Shown piece after piece: positions 37,805-49,800 of a stretch of 64,000 bases of DNA (position 1 is its first letter; each line of letters starts with the position of its first letter). Under the pieces are notes generated by a model, which was not told the origin of the DNA, made no database searches, and worked only from the letters and a program-made list of their open reading frames with translations. The stretch covers positions 192,001 through 256,000 of the forward strand of contig JBKAGE010000034.1 of the NCBI GenBank assembly GCA_046290225.1. The letters are read 5' to 3'. The position numbers and the translations under genes were made by a program. This stretch comes from Bradymonadia bacterium. Its GTDB lineage: Bacteria > Myxococcota_A > Bradymonadia > UBA7976 > UBA1532.

Positions 37805-40800
37805 CTAATAGTTAGCAATCACTCTAAAGAACGGCCCACCATGGTCCTCGTTCAGGCGCTGGAACTCATCGTCACTGAATGACGTAAAGTTGTACCCCAG
37901 CCCCAAACGCACCCGCTTCTCGATGATGTAGTTCAGCTCGAACAGCGCCCCGTGCTGTTGGTTCTGGGCCAGGCTCACCTGCAGGAACCGGTACTCCCCG
38001 CCAATGTCCCACGTATCCGTCAGGTGGAAGTTCAGGCGGTTGATCCACAGCAGCGTATGACTCACCACCGACGGGATCGCCTCCACCCGACTGGCCGTGC
38101 GCTTGTAAGCCAGCTTCTCCACCAGCTGTAGGCGATACGGCAGTTCGAAAATCGGGATGATGGCCAATACATCCGACTCTTCCCGGGTCACGAGGCCGGC
38201 GCTGAGATCTTGCACCGGGAGCTGCTCGTAGCGCTTGGTGTATCGCAAGAGCGCTGCGGCCCAGTCCGTACGCACCGGGCGCCATGCGATGCCCATCGTG
38301 CCTTCCACCAGCTCCGCCTCAGTGCCGTTGAGCTGCAGGTCCATCGTGTGGCTGTAGTTCAGGCGGGCCAGCAGGCTGAAGTCGCGCTGGAACTTCCACG
38401 AGAAGGCGTTGAGCGCCAGCACCTGAGAGCGGTCGCGGCGGTTGAACTCCTCGTCGTTGTCCTCATAGCGCAGCTCGTAGCGGCCGGTGAGCTTGAGATC
38501 CTTCTTCTCGAGCCACTCGGCGCCGAGGCTCACCGTGTCGCGGCTGAACTGGCCGCCGGCCGAGGCCCCGAAGACCTGACTGCGCTCGTAGCCGAGATCC
38601 AGGTGCAAGCCCTTCACCAGCTTCATGCGGCGGCCCACGCCCATAATGGCGCGGTTACGTTGGCCCTCGGCGCCGTTCTCGACTTGGTACTCGCCGTAGG
38701 CGCGGCCCTCGCCCTTCTCTCCGATGCGCTCCTCGCCGCCCATGACCAATGTGTGGGTCACCTGGCCATTGGCGTCGGTGCGGCGGTCGCGCACGTAGAC
38801 CGTGTGGCGCTCGTCCACCTCGGCGGTCATGCCCACCTGGGCGGCGTTGTCTCCGGACCAGCGGCTGCTCACCGTGCCTTCGATGCTGACGCTCTCGGTC
38901 ATCTTGTAGCGGGCCCCGGCGGTGGTCACCGCGAGGTCGAGCGGGTCTTCGTGCAGGCGGGAGTCGCCCCGGAGCACCAGCTCCTGGTCCCCGATGAGGG
39001 TCCAGCGGTCGTCGAGATCGTACTCCCCGCCTACCTCGAGGGTGTAGACGTCGAGGGGCTGGATGAAGTCGTCGGTGCCCGTGGCGATGGTGTTCAGCCC
39101 CGAGTTCGCGTCGCCGTTGAACACGCCGTTGGTGGGCATGCCCGGGCTCTGGGGGTTGAGCAGGCCGCCCTCGTTGGCGTAGGTGCGCACGATCTCGCCG
39201 TCGATGCGCAGGCCCTTCTCTGTGTACTGGTAGCCCGCTCGGGTCACGTCGCGGCGGAATCCGCGGAACACGCCGAAGTTCTGGGTGCCGGGCTCCGAGG
39301 CCACGATGCCGTCGTGCTGCACCTTGAGCTGGTGATGCTTGTCGATGTGGTAGCGGCTCAGGATGCCGTACTTCTCGAGGCCCTGCTGCTGAATCGTGCC
39401 GCCGGCGTAGTAGCCCTCGCTCAGGTATTGCCAGTAGCCCTCGGTGTACCAGTGGTCCTGCTTGCCCTCGCCGATGAGATCGTCCATCTCGACGCCGAGG
39501 CGCAGCTGGAAGGCGCTGCCCTCGGTGTCGGTGCCGTCTCGCAGGTTGAAGGGCGAGAACGACAAGCCGCCGTCGTCGCTGAAGAGGTTCTCGCCGTTGA
39601 ACGAACGGCTGCGGGCCAGCTCGCCGGTGAAGAACGACTTGCGGCCGTGGCGGGCGGTGAGCTCTGCCCCCCAGAGGCGGTAGTCCGGCAGGCCCTGATC
39701 GCTGCGGCCCTCTTCGATGTAGCCCGCGCCGAGGGTGATCTGCTTGTTCCAGGTCTCCCGGGCGTGCACGCCGAAGGTCTGATCGCCGAAGTTCGACAGA
39801 TCGCGGTGGTCGTACTCGATGCTGATGTAGACCGGGTGGCCGTCGAGGGTGCGGTTGCCGTTCATCGAGGGCACCTGAGGCAGCGCGCCCATCACGTCGA
39901 GCGTGCTGCTCTGCACGGGCTGCTTCACCAGGATGCGGCCCTCTCGGTACCGGATGTTGTAATCGGCGTCGCGGCTCAGGGCGATCTTGCGCCGCTCCAC
40001 GCCGCTGATCTTGTCGCGCTCGATCAGGTAGATACGCTCGGAGCCCTCCACGACGTCGCGGTGGGGCAGGTAGTAGAGCGAGCCGCCGGTGCCCTGCAGC
40101 TCGACATAGGCGTGGCGCTCGGACTCTTCGTCGTCACTGGCGAAGGCCGTCAGCTCGTGGCGGAAGTCGCCGGTGTCGACGTCGAGCTTGAGGTGGGCGC
40201 CGTAGAGCGTGCGGTCGTAGTTGAACAGCTCCACGCCCCGGATGCCGGTCTTGAAGTTGCCCACGGTGAGGGTGCTGCGGTCGGCCTCGATGAGCACGTA
40301 GACCGGGCCGCGGGCGTTCACGTCCCGCACACTCTCGCTGCTGTCGCCGTACACCGGGTAGAAGGTGTCGGGATCGATGAGCTGCTCGAAGTAGGCCTCG
40401 TACTCACGGTGCCGGGCGGTGTCGACGTTGGCGGTGACCTTGATCTGCTTGAACAGCCCGCCGAGCACGTCTTTGCCCTGCATGCGACCCTTGAGGTAGG
40501 CCACGGCCCGGCCGTGCAAGTACACCCGATCGCTGATGCGGGTCCGGGTGTGATCGTAGACGCCATCCAGCTCGGAGTTTACGGAGCCGGTGAGGCCCTC
40601 ACCGAGGGCGAGCAGGAACCACTGCTCGCCAGAGACGGTGTAGTTGCGGCGGATGACCCCGCGGTTGCCCCCGGGATCGGTGGCCACGATCTCCACCTTG
40701 GCCTCGCCGATGGGCAGCTCCACGACGCCGCTGAAGTTCCCCTTCTCGTCGAGATCCACCGGCTGACCATTGAGGGTGATCACGTTCTGGGGATCGGTGC

Positions 40801-43800
40801 GACCGAAGACGGGCAGTGTGGGTGAGTTCAGGGTGGCGCCCTCAGGGGGCAGCGTCACGGAGAGCTGCCGCGCGGGGATCTCCAAGTCCCCTGCGACGCC
40901 GGTCCGGGTGGTGAGCAGCGTCAGCAGCTCGCTGCGGCCGAAGTCCTCCATGGCCAGCCGCTGGGCGGGGCTGAGCTTCGGGGAGGCGGGCTTGACCTTC
41001 TCCGCCAGGGGCACCTCGGGCTCGGCGGGCTTCTTCGAAGCGCCGTTCGGATCGGTGCTCACCTTCTTGTAGTCGGTGTCCTTTGCAGACGCTTCGCCCT
41101 GAGCCGTCGTCTTGGGCGCTGTGCCATCGAGGGTGTCCACGGGGGCGACGATGAGGCCGCTGGGCTTCTTGGCGGTCTTGTTCTCGTTGTCGTCCCAGTC
41201 AGGCTCTCTCAGAGGCAATGGATCGAGGCTCTGGGGCACCCCGCTCTTGGGGGCTGCAGTGCTCTTGGGGGACGCAGGGCTCTTGGAGGCCGCAGGGCTC
41301 TTCTGCCCGTCGGCCCCCTTCGCATCGGGGGCCTTGGGGGCCTTCGGCGGGGCCACAAAGAACAGACCGCGGCCGCCATCGGGGCGGCGGATCTCCACCA
41401 GCAGCGCGCTGGCGCCCTTCACGGTGACCAGGCCGTCGATTTGCGGGCCGGTGGTCCCCTTGACCTCGCGCTGAGGCATGGGGCGGCCGTCGATGCGCAC
41501 GCCCCACTGGCCCTTGTTCTCGGGGATCGAGGTGGTGGTCTTGCCCACCTTGAGGAAACCCTCGGCGCTCTGGCCCACGGCGCCGTCTGCGTAGCGCACG
41601 GTGAGGCGGTAGCTGTAGAGGCCCGCTGACAGGCTGTCGTCTCCTGGGCTCGACCACACCACCTCGTCGTCCACCCGGCCTGCGCCGGCGGCTTCGTAGA
41701 GCCGCTTGCCGCTGGGCGTGAGCAGGATGAAGCGCCACTGATCCACTGGGGCCCGACCAGCCTTCAGCTTGAACGGGATGGGGGCCTTCAGGCTGCGGCC
41801 CTCGAGGGGTGCCGCTTCAGGTGCGCTCACCTTGACGTCGATGGCCCGGGGCTTCACCACGGCGCCACCGATGCGCAGGCCGTCGGGCACAGTGCCATCG
41901 ACGACGAGCTGTCGGCTGGCGAGCGGAGCTTGCTGGCGGCCGGGAGCAGGCCGGAGCACGAAGATGGAGCGCCGACCGTCGGGGCCCTGGAGCGCCACCT
42001 CCACCACGCCGTCTTCGGTGACGGGCACCACCAGGGCGAACCGGCCGTCCTCGCCGGGGGTGGCAGCTTGACCGTGGGCCTTGGCCCAGCTGGGCTGGGG
42101 TGTGCCCTTCACGAGGGACTCTGGGGGCTTCGCAGGACCATCGGGGATGATGCGGATCTCGACGCGCTCGTTCTTCCGGCGGTTGCGTCGGGAGAAGTTC
42201 GGCACCAGGGGCACATCGTTGCCCCGACCCTTGGCGCTTACCCGAGTCGGGTCAGGCAGCTGTGCCTTGAAGGCCGCCTCTACGAGGGCCGCCCGTTTGC
42301 CTGTGGCCTCGATGGCCTCGGGGGTGCCGGGCACGCCGGCGCTGTGCACCTCGACGGTGATCTTGCCCGGCCTGGCCTTGAGACCACCGGCCACCTCCGC
42401 CACGAGGCGCTCGCCTTCTTCGGTGAGCTTCAGCCGCCGGCCGCGGCCCTTGAAGAGATCGCCACGGAGGGTGCGCACGAGCTCAGGTGAGCCAGGACCC
42501 ATGGCGCCGACGCCGAAGCGGCCCACGGTGCTGGTGTACCGCTGCCCGTCGGGGGCGGCGAGCTCGAGGCGCCACTGGTACACGCCGCGATCGGTGAGCA
42601 TGGGCCGACCGTCGGGGCCGCGGAGATCCCACTCGATCTTCCGCGGCGGAGTGCCCTGCCCGCCCTTGACCTCGATCCAGGGGCCGTTCTCGGCGGCCAC
42701 CTTGAGCTGCCAGCGATCCGTCCCCGCCCCTGCAGGGACAGTGGGCCGGAACACGAGGGCGCCGAGGGCCCGACCACGGACCGAGTCGTATTTCAGATCG
42801 ATGACGCCGCCTTCGGACTTCTCTTTACGGCGACGCTTCTTCTTCTCGCTCACCTTCACCTTGATCTCAGGGGCGGCGAGCTGCTGTCGGCCATCGGTGA
42901 GGGTGTGGCGGAGCACGTCGCCAGTGACGACGAGGTACTGCTGACGCAACGCCTCGAGGGCCGCCTCCATCCCGCCGCGGTCCAGCTCCACCTCGGGATC
43001 GGTGACCGACTCACCCGGACACGTCACCCCGAAGCTCACCTTCGCGGGCAAGCCTCGGGTGAAGTTGATCACCCGGGTCTCATCCGTGGTGAGCACCGCC
43101 CCGGGCAGCAGGGTGTCGGTGTCGATCTTCACGGCGTGCACTCCGGGATCGAGATCCCGGAAGTGGAACATGCCGGCGCTGTCGGTGTTCGAGTACCAGC
43201 CATGGTCCATGTAGACCCGGGCACCGGGGAGACCCCGCTCCCCTTCTTGCTGCTTGCCATCGCCGTCGATGTCGCAGAAGACCCGGCCGAGCAACACACC
43301 CTGATCGAAGATCGGATCAGCGATCACCCGCACTGTGGCCCGAGCGACCCGAGTGACGGGCACCGAGCCGTCGGCGAGGACCACGGCGCGGTTGGTGTAC
43401 CGCTTCTTGGGTTTGGCGTTGGCCCCCACCACCATCTGGTAGCGCACGCGGATGTGCTCCCCAGCGGCGAGGTCGAAGGGCCGCAGCACTCGGCGGCCGT
43501 CTTCCTGGCGCACCACCCCGAAGCGCAGGATGTTCACGTCGTCCGGCCCGGGATCGTCGGCGCTCAGCGGGATCTCTCGGCCGCCGTCTACGCGGGTGAA
43601 GACCACCGAGCCCGCCACGTACTTGAAGCCCTTGGGGGTGATGTCCTGCAGGAACACGCCGCCGGTGCCTGTGGCGGGGTCGAAGAGCAGGCCCACGGGG
43701 CTGCGGTTCACGATGTCCACCTGGTAGGTGATCACGTCACCGACAGTGGCCGTCGGCTTGGTGGAGCGCTTCTCCAAATCAATGAGCGAGGACAGCGGAT

Positions 43801-46800
43801 CCACGGGGATGTGGTTGTTCAGATAGAGGTCGTCGGCGGTCTGCAGGTCGAAGCCCAGGAAGTAGGTGCGATCGGCATCCGGATCCACTGAGGGCACCGG
43901 ATCGGGCACCACGCGGCCCTCATCGTCGACGTCCTGTCGGGTGGCGATGCCCGGGGTGGCGGGCACGAGCACTGAGGGGCTCACGAAGCTTTGGCCCGGA
44001 GGTACCACCTCGACGATGTAGCGGCCAGGGACCTTGACGGCGAAGCGGTAGAGGCCACCGTTGGCCGTGCGCTGCCCCTGCTGACTCGGCGCTTCGAGAT
44101 CCTCAGGATCCACGAGCACGCGGCGGCTGAGGGACTCTGCGTCCAACACGTCGTCGTCTTCGAGATCCTCGTCGCGGTAGATGAAGATCTCCGCGCCGTC
44201 GATCAGATCACCGTCGACGCTGTTGTAGACGCGGCCCGAGGGGTCGATGGCCAGATCGGCGCTCAGCGTCTCCCCACCGGAAACCTCTACGTCGTCGATG
44301 ATCTTGAAGAGCACGTTGGAAGAGGTGAAGACCCGCACTCGGTAGGCCCCAGGGCGCAGTTCTGGCAGTTCGAATCGACCCTCGGCGTCGGTGATGGCCT
44401 CGGCAGCGGCCTCGCCGTCGGGATCGGACATCGGATAGACCGCCACCCGCATGTCGGCGAAGGCCTCGTCACCCTCCACTTGGAAACCCTGCTCGGTGTC
44501 GAGCTCCTGGAACACCACCCCCTCCACGGCGCCGAGGCGCAGCTCGGCGGTGATGCAGGCTCGGGGGCTGTTCACGGGGTCGAGATCGCGCAAGTCGACC
44601 CGAGCCTCGTTGCAGATTTGGCGAGAGCCGTCGAGCGCGGGATCTACGCGGGTGTCGATGAAGAACTGGACCTCCTGCCCGACCTGAAGAGTCTCGAGGA
44701 TGACCTGCGCCTGACCGCCAGCGAGCGCCCCTGCAGGGGGCCGGTCGAACTGAGTGCGGCCACCTGGAGGCACACCGTCGAAGCCCTCGAAGAGCAGCGA
44801 CTGCGGCAGATCATCGAAGACTTGCACCTGGCTGAGATCCTCGGTGCCGGTGTTCCGCACGATGATCTCGAAGCGCACGGGCTCGCCGATGTCGACCTGA
44901 TTGCCTTCGAGCCCGACGACCCGCTTGAAGATCTCTGCCTGTCGAACCGGGATCTCGCCCACAGGCACCACCGTGGGCTGGATGCCGTTGATGGGATCGT
45001 CGTCGGCGTCGCTGAGCAGGTCGAAGCCCACGGCCTGGGCCCGGGCCTGGTTCACCACGTCACGGGCCTCGGTCACCTCTGTGAGGAACTCCAGAGACCG
45101 GGTCTCGCCACCGGGTACGTCACCGAAGTCGGCGACGAGCTGGCCGTTGAAGACCGCGGCGTTGTCGGCATCGAGGGCGTCGGTCTGAGGCACGCCGTCG
45201 GCGCTGATGGAGCCTTCGACGTAGCGCACCCCGTCGGGGAACGGATCGTTGATGCGCACGGAGCGAGCCTCACCGAGGCCCAGGTTGGAGACCTCGAGCC
45301 GCCAGCGGATCACGTCGCCAACGAGGGCCTCGCGGCGATCTGGATCGTTCTCCAAGCGCCAGGTCTTCACGAAGCGGGACAGCTGAGGCCCACCGTCGAT
45401 GATGAAGCCCGTGGGATCAGGCCGTGCCGCCGTGGTGGGATCATCCGAGAGGGTGATCGTGTCGGAGGCGTCGGTGATGGAGCCCTGGTTGAGCACCTCG
45501 CTGCCCACGGGGGCGTCGGGGCGGACGCGCACGTCGAAGGTGATGGCCGTCGATGTGCCCGGCTGAAGCGCAGGCGGATCCCCGTCGATGGCGAGCAACA
45601 TGCCGGGGCCGAAGGGGGGCGCCCCGAAGATGTCGGAGAACGGCACCCCGTCGAGGCGGGTGCTCTCGGGGACGTAGTCCACCTGCGGGGGCAGGTTGTC
45701 GGTGAAGATCGGGTCGAAGACCGGCTCCACACCCACGTTCTGCACGATGAGCTGGTAGGTCACCACGGCACCGGGCACTCGCTCCCCTGAGGGCGGGCCG
45801 AGGATCTGCTTGATGAAGGCCAGCTGAGGCGGCGCCGAGACGACGAAGTCGGTGGGATCACCTGCGGCGGGGGTCGTGGGATCATCGGTCGGCGTGATGC
45901 GGCCCACCCCACCGACATCCACGAGGCCCTGGTTGCTCACCACCTCACCCGTAGGCACCAACGGCCGGATGCGGGCCCGTACGCTGAGGGTGACTGTAGC
46001 GCCGGGGGCGATGACCGCCAGCTCGGGGAACAGCTCTGGGGTCCAGTTCACCTGACCCAGGTCCGGGTCGAAGATCCCCCCTTCCCCAGGCACCACGTTG
46101 TCGAGGCGGAGGGTGTCGATGGGATCAGAGACGAGCACTCGGTCGACCGGCGTCTCCGAGGTGTTGGTGATCTCGATGGCGTACTGGACCTCGGCCCCGG
46201 GCACGAAACCCCCTGGGCCCACCGTCTGCACCGTCTTCGTCGCCGAGACCTCCGGGCGCACCACGATGAACCGCACCGGATCGTCGGGCTCCGGGGTGGT
46301 CGGATCATCACTGAGCAGGAACCGGGGCGAGCCCTCTTCGCTCACGGCGAACTGGTTCACCACCTCAGCGCCGTCTGCGGCGTTGGGGTTGATGCGGGCC
46401 CTGAGCAGCAGCTCACGAGTGGCCCCCGGGGCCAACGCTTCGAGGGACCAGCTGGCCACGCCATTCTCCACCTGGCCATCGACGGCGTTGGCGTTCACCA
46501 AATCGTCATCGATGGGATCGAGCACCTGGAGCGCCTCGGTGGCCTGGTTGCCGTCGTTGGCGAGGGTCAGCCGCCACGTGATGGCGTCACCGGGGTTGAA
46601 CGCCCCGCCGTTGTCGTCTTCCACGGCCTTGGTCAGGCGCAGCACCGCCCGGGCCACCACCTCGATGATGGTGGGATCGCCCACGGCGTCGGTGGACGGA
46701 TCGTCCGTCACCTGATCGGGCAGCCCCTGGGCCTGAACGGTGGCCTGATTCACCAGCGAGGTGCCGTCGGCAACGTCGGCGCCGATGGCCGTCGTCACCT

Positions 46801-49800
46801 CGATGACCACAGTCTCGTCGGCGCCGAGAGTGCCGAACGTCCAGATCGGGTTGCCATTGAGAATCTGCGCCGGCGGGTTCGACGACACCAGGGTCAGCCC
46901 CTCGGGCAACGGATCGGTGATGACCACCTGAGTGGCCTGTCGAGAGCCGGAGTTGGTCACCGAGATCGTGTAGATCAGGGTGTCGCCAGGGCCATACACC
47001 TGATCGCGGTCGACGGCCTTCGTGGCGCCGCGAAGATCAGGGCCGTCCACAACGGAAAACGAGGTGGCATCGGGCTGAGGGATCGTCGAAGGATCGTCAG
47101 AGCGCACCTCAGTGCCATCAGGCAGCTGAATGATGGCCTGATTGCTTACGGCCTGACCATCGGGCGTCTCCGGGCGCACTTGAGCCCGGAATGTCAGCTC
47201 CACAGCGGAGGCGTCGGGGGCCAGCACGCCGACAGGCCAGCGCAGGGTGCCGTTGATTACCCCCGCAGGGGGCGGCACATCCACCACCAGCAGCTCACCG
47301 GGGACTACATCGGAGACCTCGAAGGGCGCAGACACCCCATCACCGGTGTTTTCTACGCGGAGCGTGTAGTCCACCAGATCACCGGGTCGTACGGGGAAGC
47401 CTTCCACTGGGACCACCTGTTTGGTGAGGGCCAATGAGGCGGAGGCGGTCACCTGCACCGTGGTGGGATCGTCCACCGCGGCGGTGTTGGGATCATCGGT
47501 GGGGAACGGCTCCGCGGCGCCCTCAACCGAGGCGAAGGCCTGGTTGTCGATGGCCGTGCCGTCAGGGACCCCTGGCCGCACCGCGGCCACGAAGGCGATG
47601 GAGCGGTCTCCCCCAGGCAGAATCGCCGGGAAGGGCCAGAGGCGGCCATCGGGGCCGTCGATGGATCCGGGCGCGTCGACGAGCTCGAGGGTGTCGGGGA
47701 GCAGATCAGTCACCGACACGCCTCGGGCCACGGCATCGCCGGTGTTGGTCACCGTCACGGTGTAGCGCAGCTGATCTCCGGGCCTCACGTCGCCGCCGTT
47801 GAGATCTTCCACAGTCTTGGTGCTGCCGCTCAGATCGGCGCCGGCGATGACCTGCACCGTGGTGGGGTCGTTCTCTGGTGCCGTGTTCGGATCATCAGTG
47901 AGCACACGCTGATCATCGAACGTCACCACCCCCTGGTTCTCGATGCGGGTGCCGTTGTCGAGGGGCGCAGCGACACGGGCGGTGAAGACCTGCTCGACGC
48001 TGGTGTCCACGGCAACCTCGACGAGATCCCAGGTGAGGGTCTGACCATCGACGACAGCGCCGCCCGGAAGCTCCACGGTGAGGTTCGGATCGAGGACGTC
48101 GGTGAGCGTCACACCTGCAGCGTCAGCCCCGCCGGTGTTGCGCACCTCAAGGGTGTACTCCAGCACATCTCCCGGGCGCACCGGGGCGCCGTCGAGATCG
48201 CGCACGGTCTTGGTGGCCGTGAGCACGGGCCGGGCCTCGATGATGATCACCGTGGGATCATCGGGGGCCTCGGTGGTGGGATCATCCGTAGCCACCTCGT
48301 CGGGCAGCTCGGCGGCGGACAAGAAGGCCTGGTTCGGCAGCAGCGTGCCATCGGCGATGGGTCGTGGGGCCAGTCCGGTGAGCGTGAACTCGACCGAAGC
48401 CCCTGCCTCCAAGCGGTCGATGGTCCAACGGGCTTCGCCACCCACCACCTGGCCGCCCTGGGCCACCGGGTTGCCGAGCAGCGCCGAGAGCGGATCGCGC
48501 ACCACGACATCTGTCGCTGGAGCAGTGCCGGAGTTCACCACCTCCAGGGTGTAGGTCACGGGCTGCCCCGCCACCACGGTGCCCACAGGCTCCACCCGCT
48601 TGAGCGAGGTGGAGAGATCCGGGCGGCTCACCACCACCAGCACAGTGGGATCACCCGCTGCAGGTGTCGCCGGATCATCACTGAGGGCAGAGATGTCCCC
48701 CGCTGCGGCGGTGCCCTGGTTGCTCACCTGAGTGCCCTGGGGCGTGCCCTCGGCGATGGTGGCTTCGAAGGTGAAGATTGAAGGCGCCTCGCCGGGGATC
48801 AAGTCACCGCCCACCTCGAAGACGAGGGCGCCACCATCGAGTCGGCCGCCCGCTCCAGGGACGACATCGCTCAGCTCTGCCGGTAACGGATCAGTGACCA
48901 CGACACCCTCAGTAGGGGCGTCGCCGGTGTTCTCCACAGAGAGTACGTAGCGCACGCGATCGCCGGGTTGAGGATCGCCGCCGTTGAGATCTTCGACTGC
49001 TTTGGTCAGCGACAGCACAGGGGCCGACTGCACAGTGAAGATGGTGGGATCGCTCGGCGCGTCCGTGCCCGGATCGTCGCTCAGCACTGGGTCATCGGTG
49101 TTCCGGGCGACTCCAATGGCTTGATTTTCTACCTGTCGGGGCGCAAGCACGGGCTGCAGCGTGGCTGCCACCTCGAAGGTCGCTGAGGCCCCCACAGGCA
49201 GCTGGCGCAAGTCTGCAGAGTCGGTGCCGTCGAAGGTCACCGTGGAGCCCACCACCTGGCCGCCCACCGGACGGATGTCGCCAAAGACGCCCCCAGGCAA
49301 CGTGTCGGTGATGGACACATCGAGGGCCTCGGTGCTTCCGGTGTTGGTCACCGTGAAGGTGTACGTCACCTGCTCCCCAGGGCGGGCCACAGCGCGGTCC
49401 ACCGACTTGGTCAGCAGGAGGCGGGGCTGTGATCGCACCACCACCCGGGTGGGATCGTCCACAGCGGCGGTGGCGGGATCATCCGTGGGCACCGCGTCGC
49501 CGAGCTCGGCGGCGGAGACGAGGCCCTGGTTGTCGATGACGGTGTTGTCGGCGAGTACCGCAGGCAGCGTGGCGTCGAAACGCACCACCGCTTCGGCGCC
49601 CACCTGAACGGCCCCGACATTCCAGGTGATCTGGTTGGCCCCCGCGTCGAACACCCCACCATCCAGCGGGGTCACGTTGTCGAAGTCGAATGCGAGGCTG
49701 TCGGCGATCTGCACCGCCGTCGCCGGGCGGTTCCCCGTGTTGGGCACCGTGAGCGTGTACCGCAGGGTCTCGCCCGGGAGCGCCTGACCACCGAGGGGGG

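Noticed and set aside
41240..41350. Degenerate 18-bp repeats encoding KSPAAS-like units in the giant gene
   Set aside because: Ordinary low-complexity linker.
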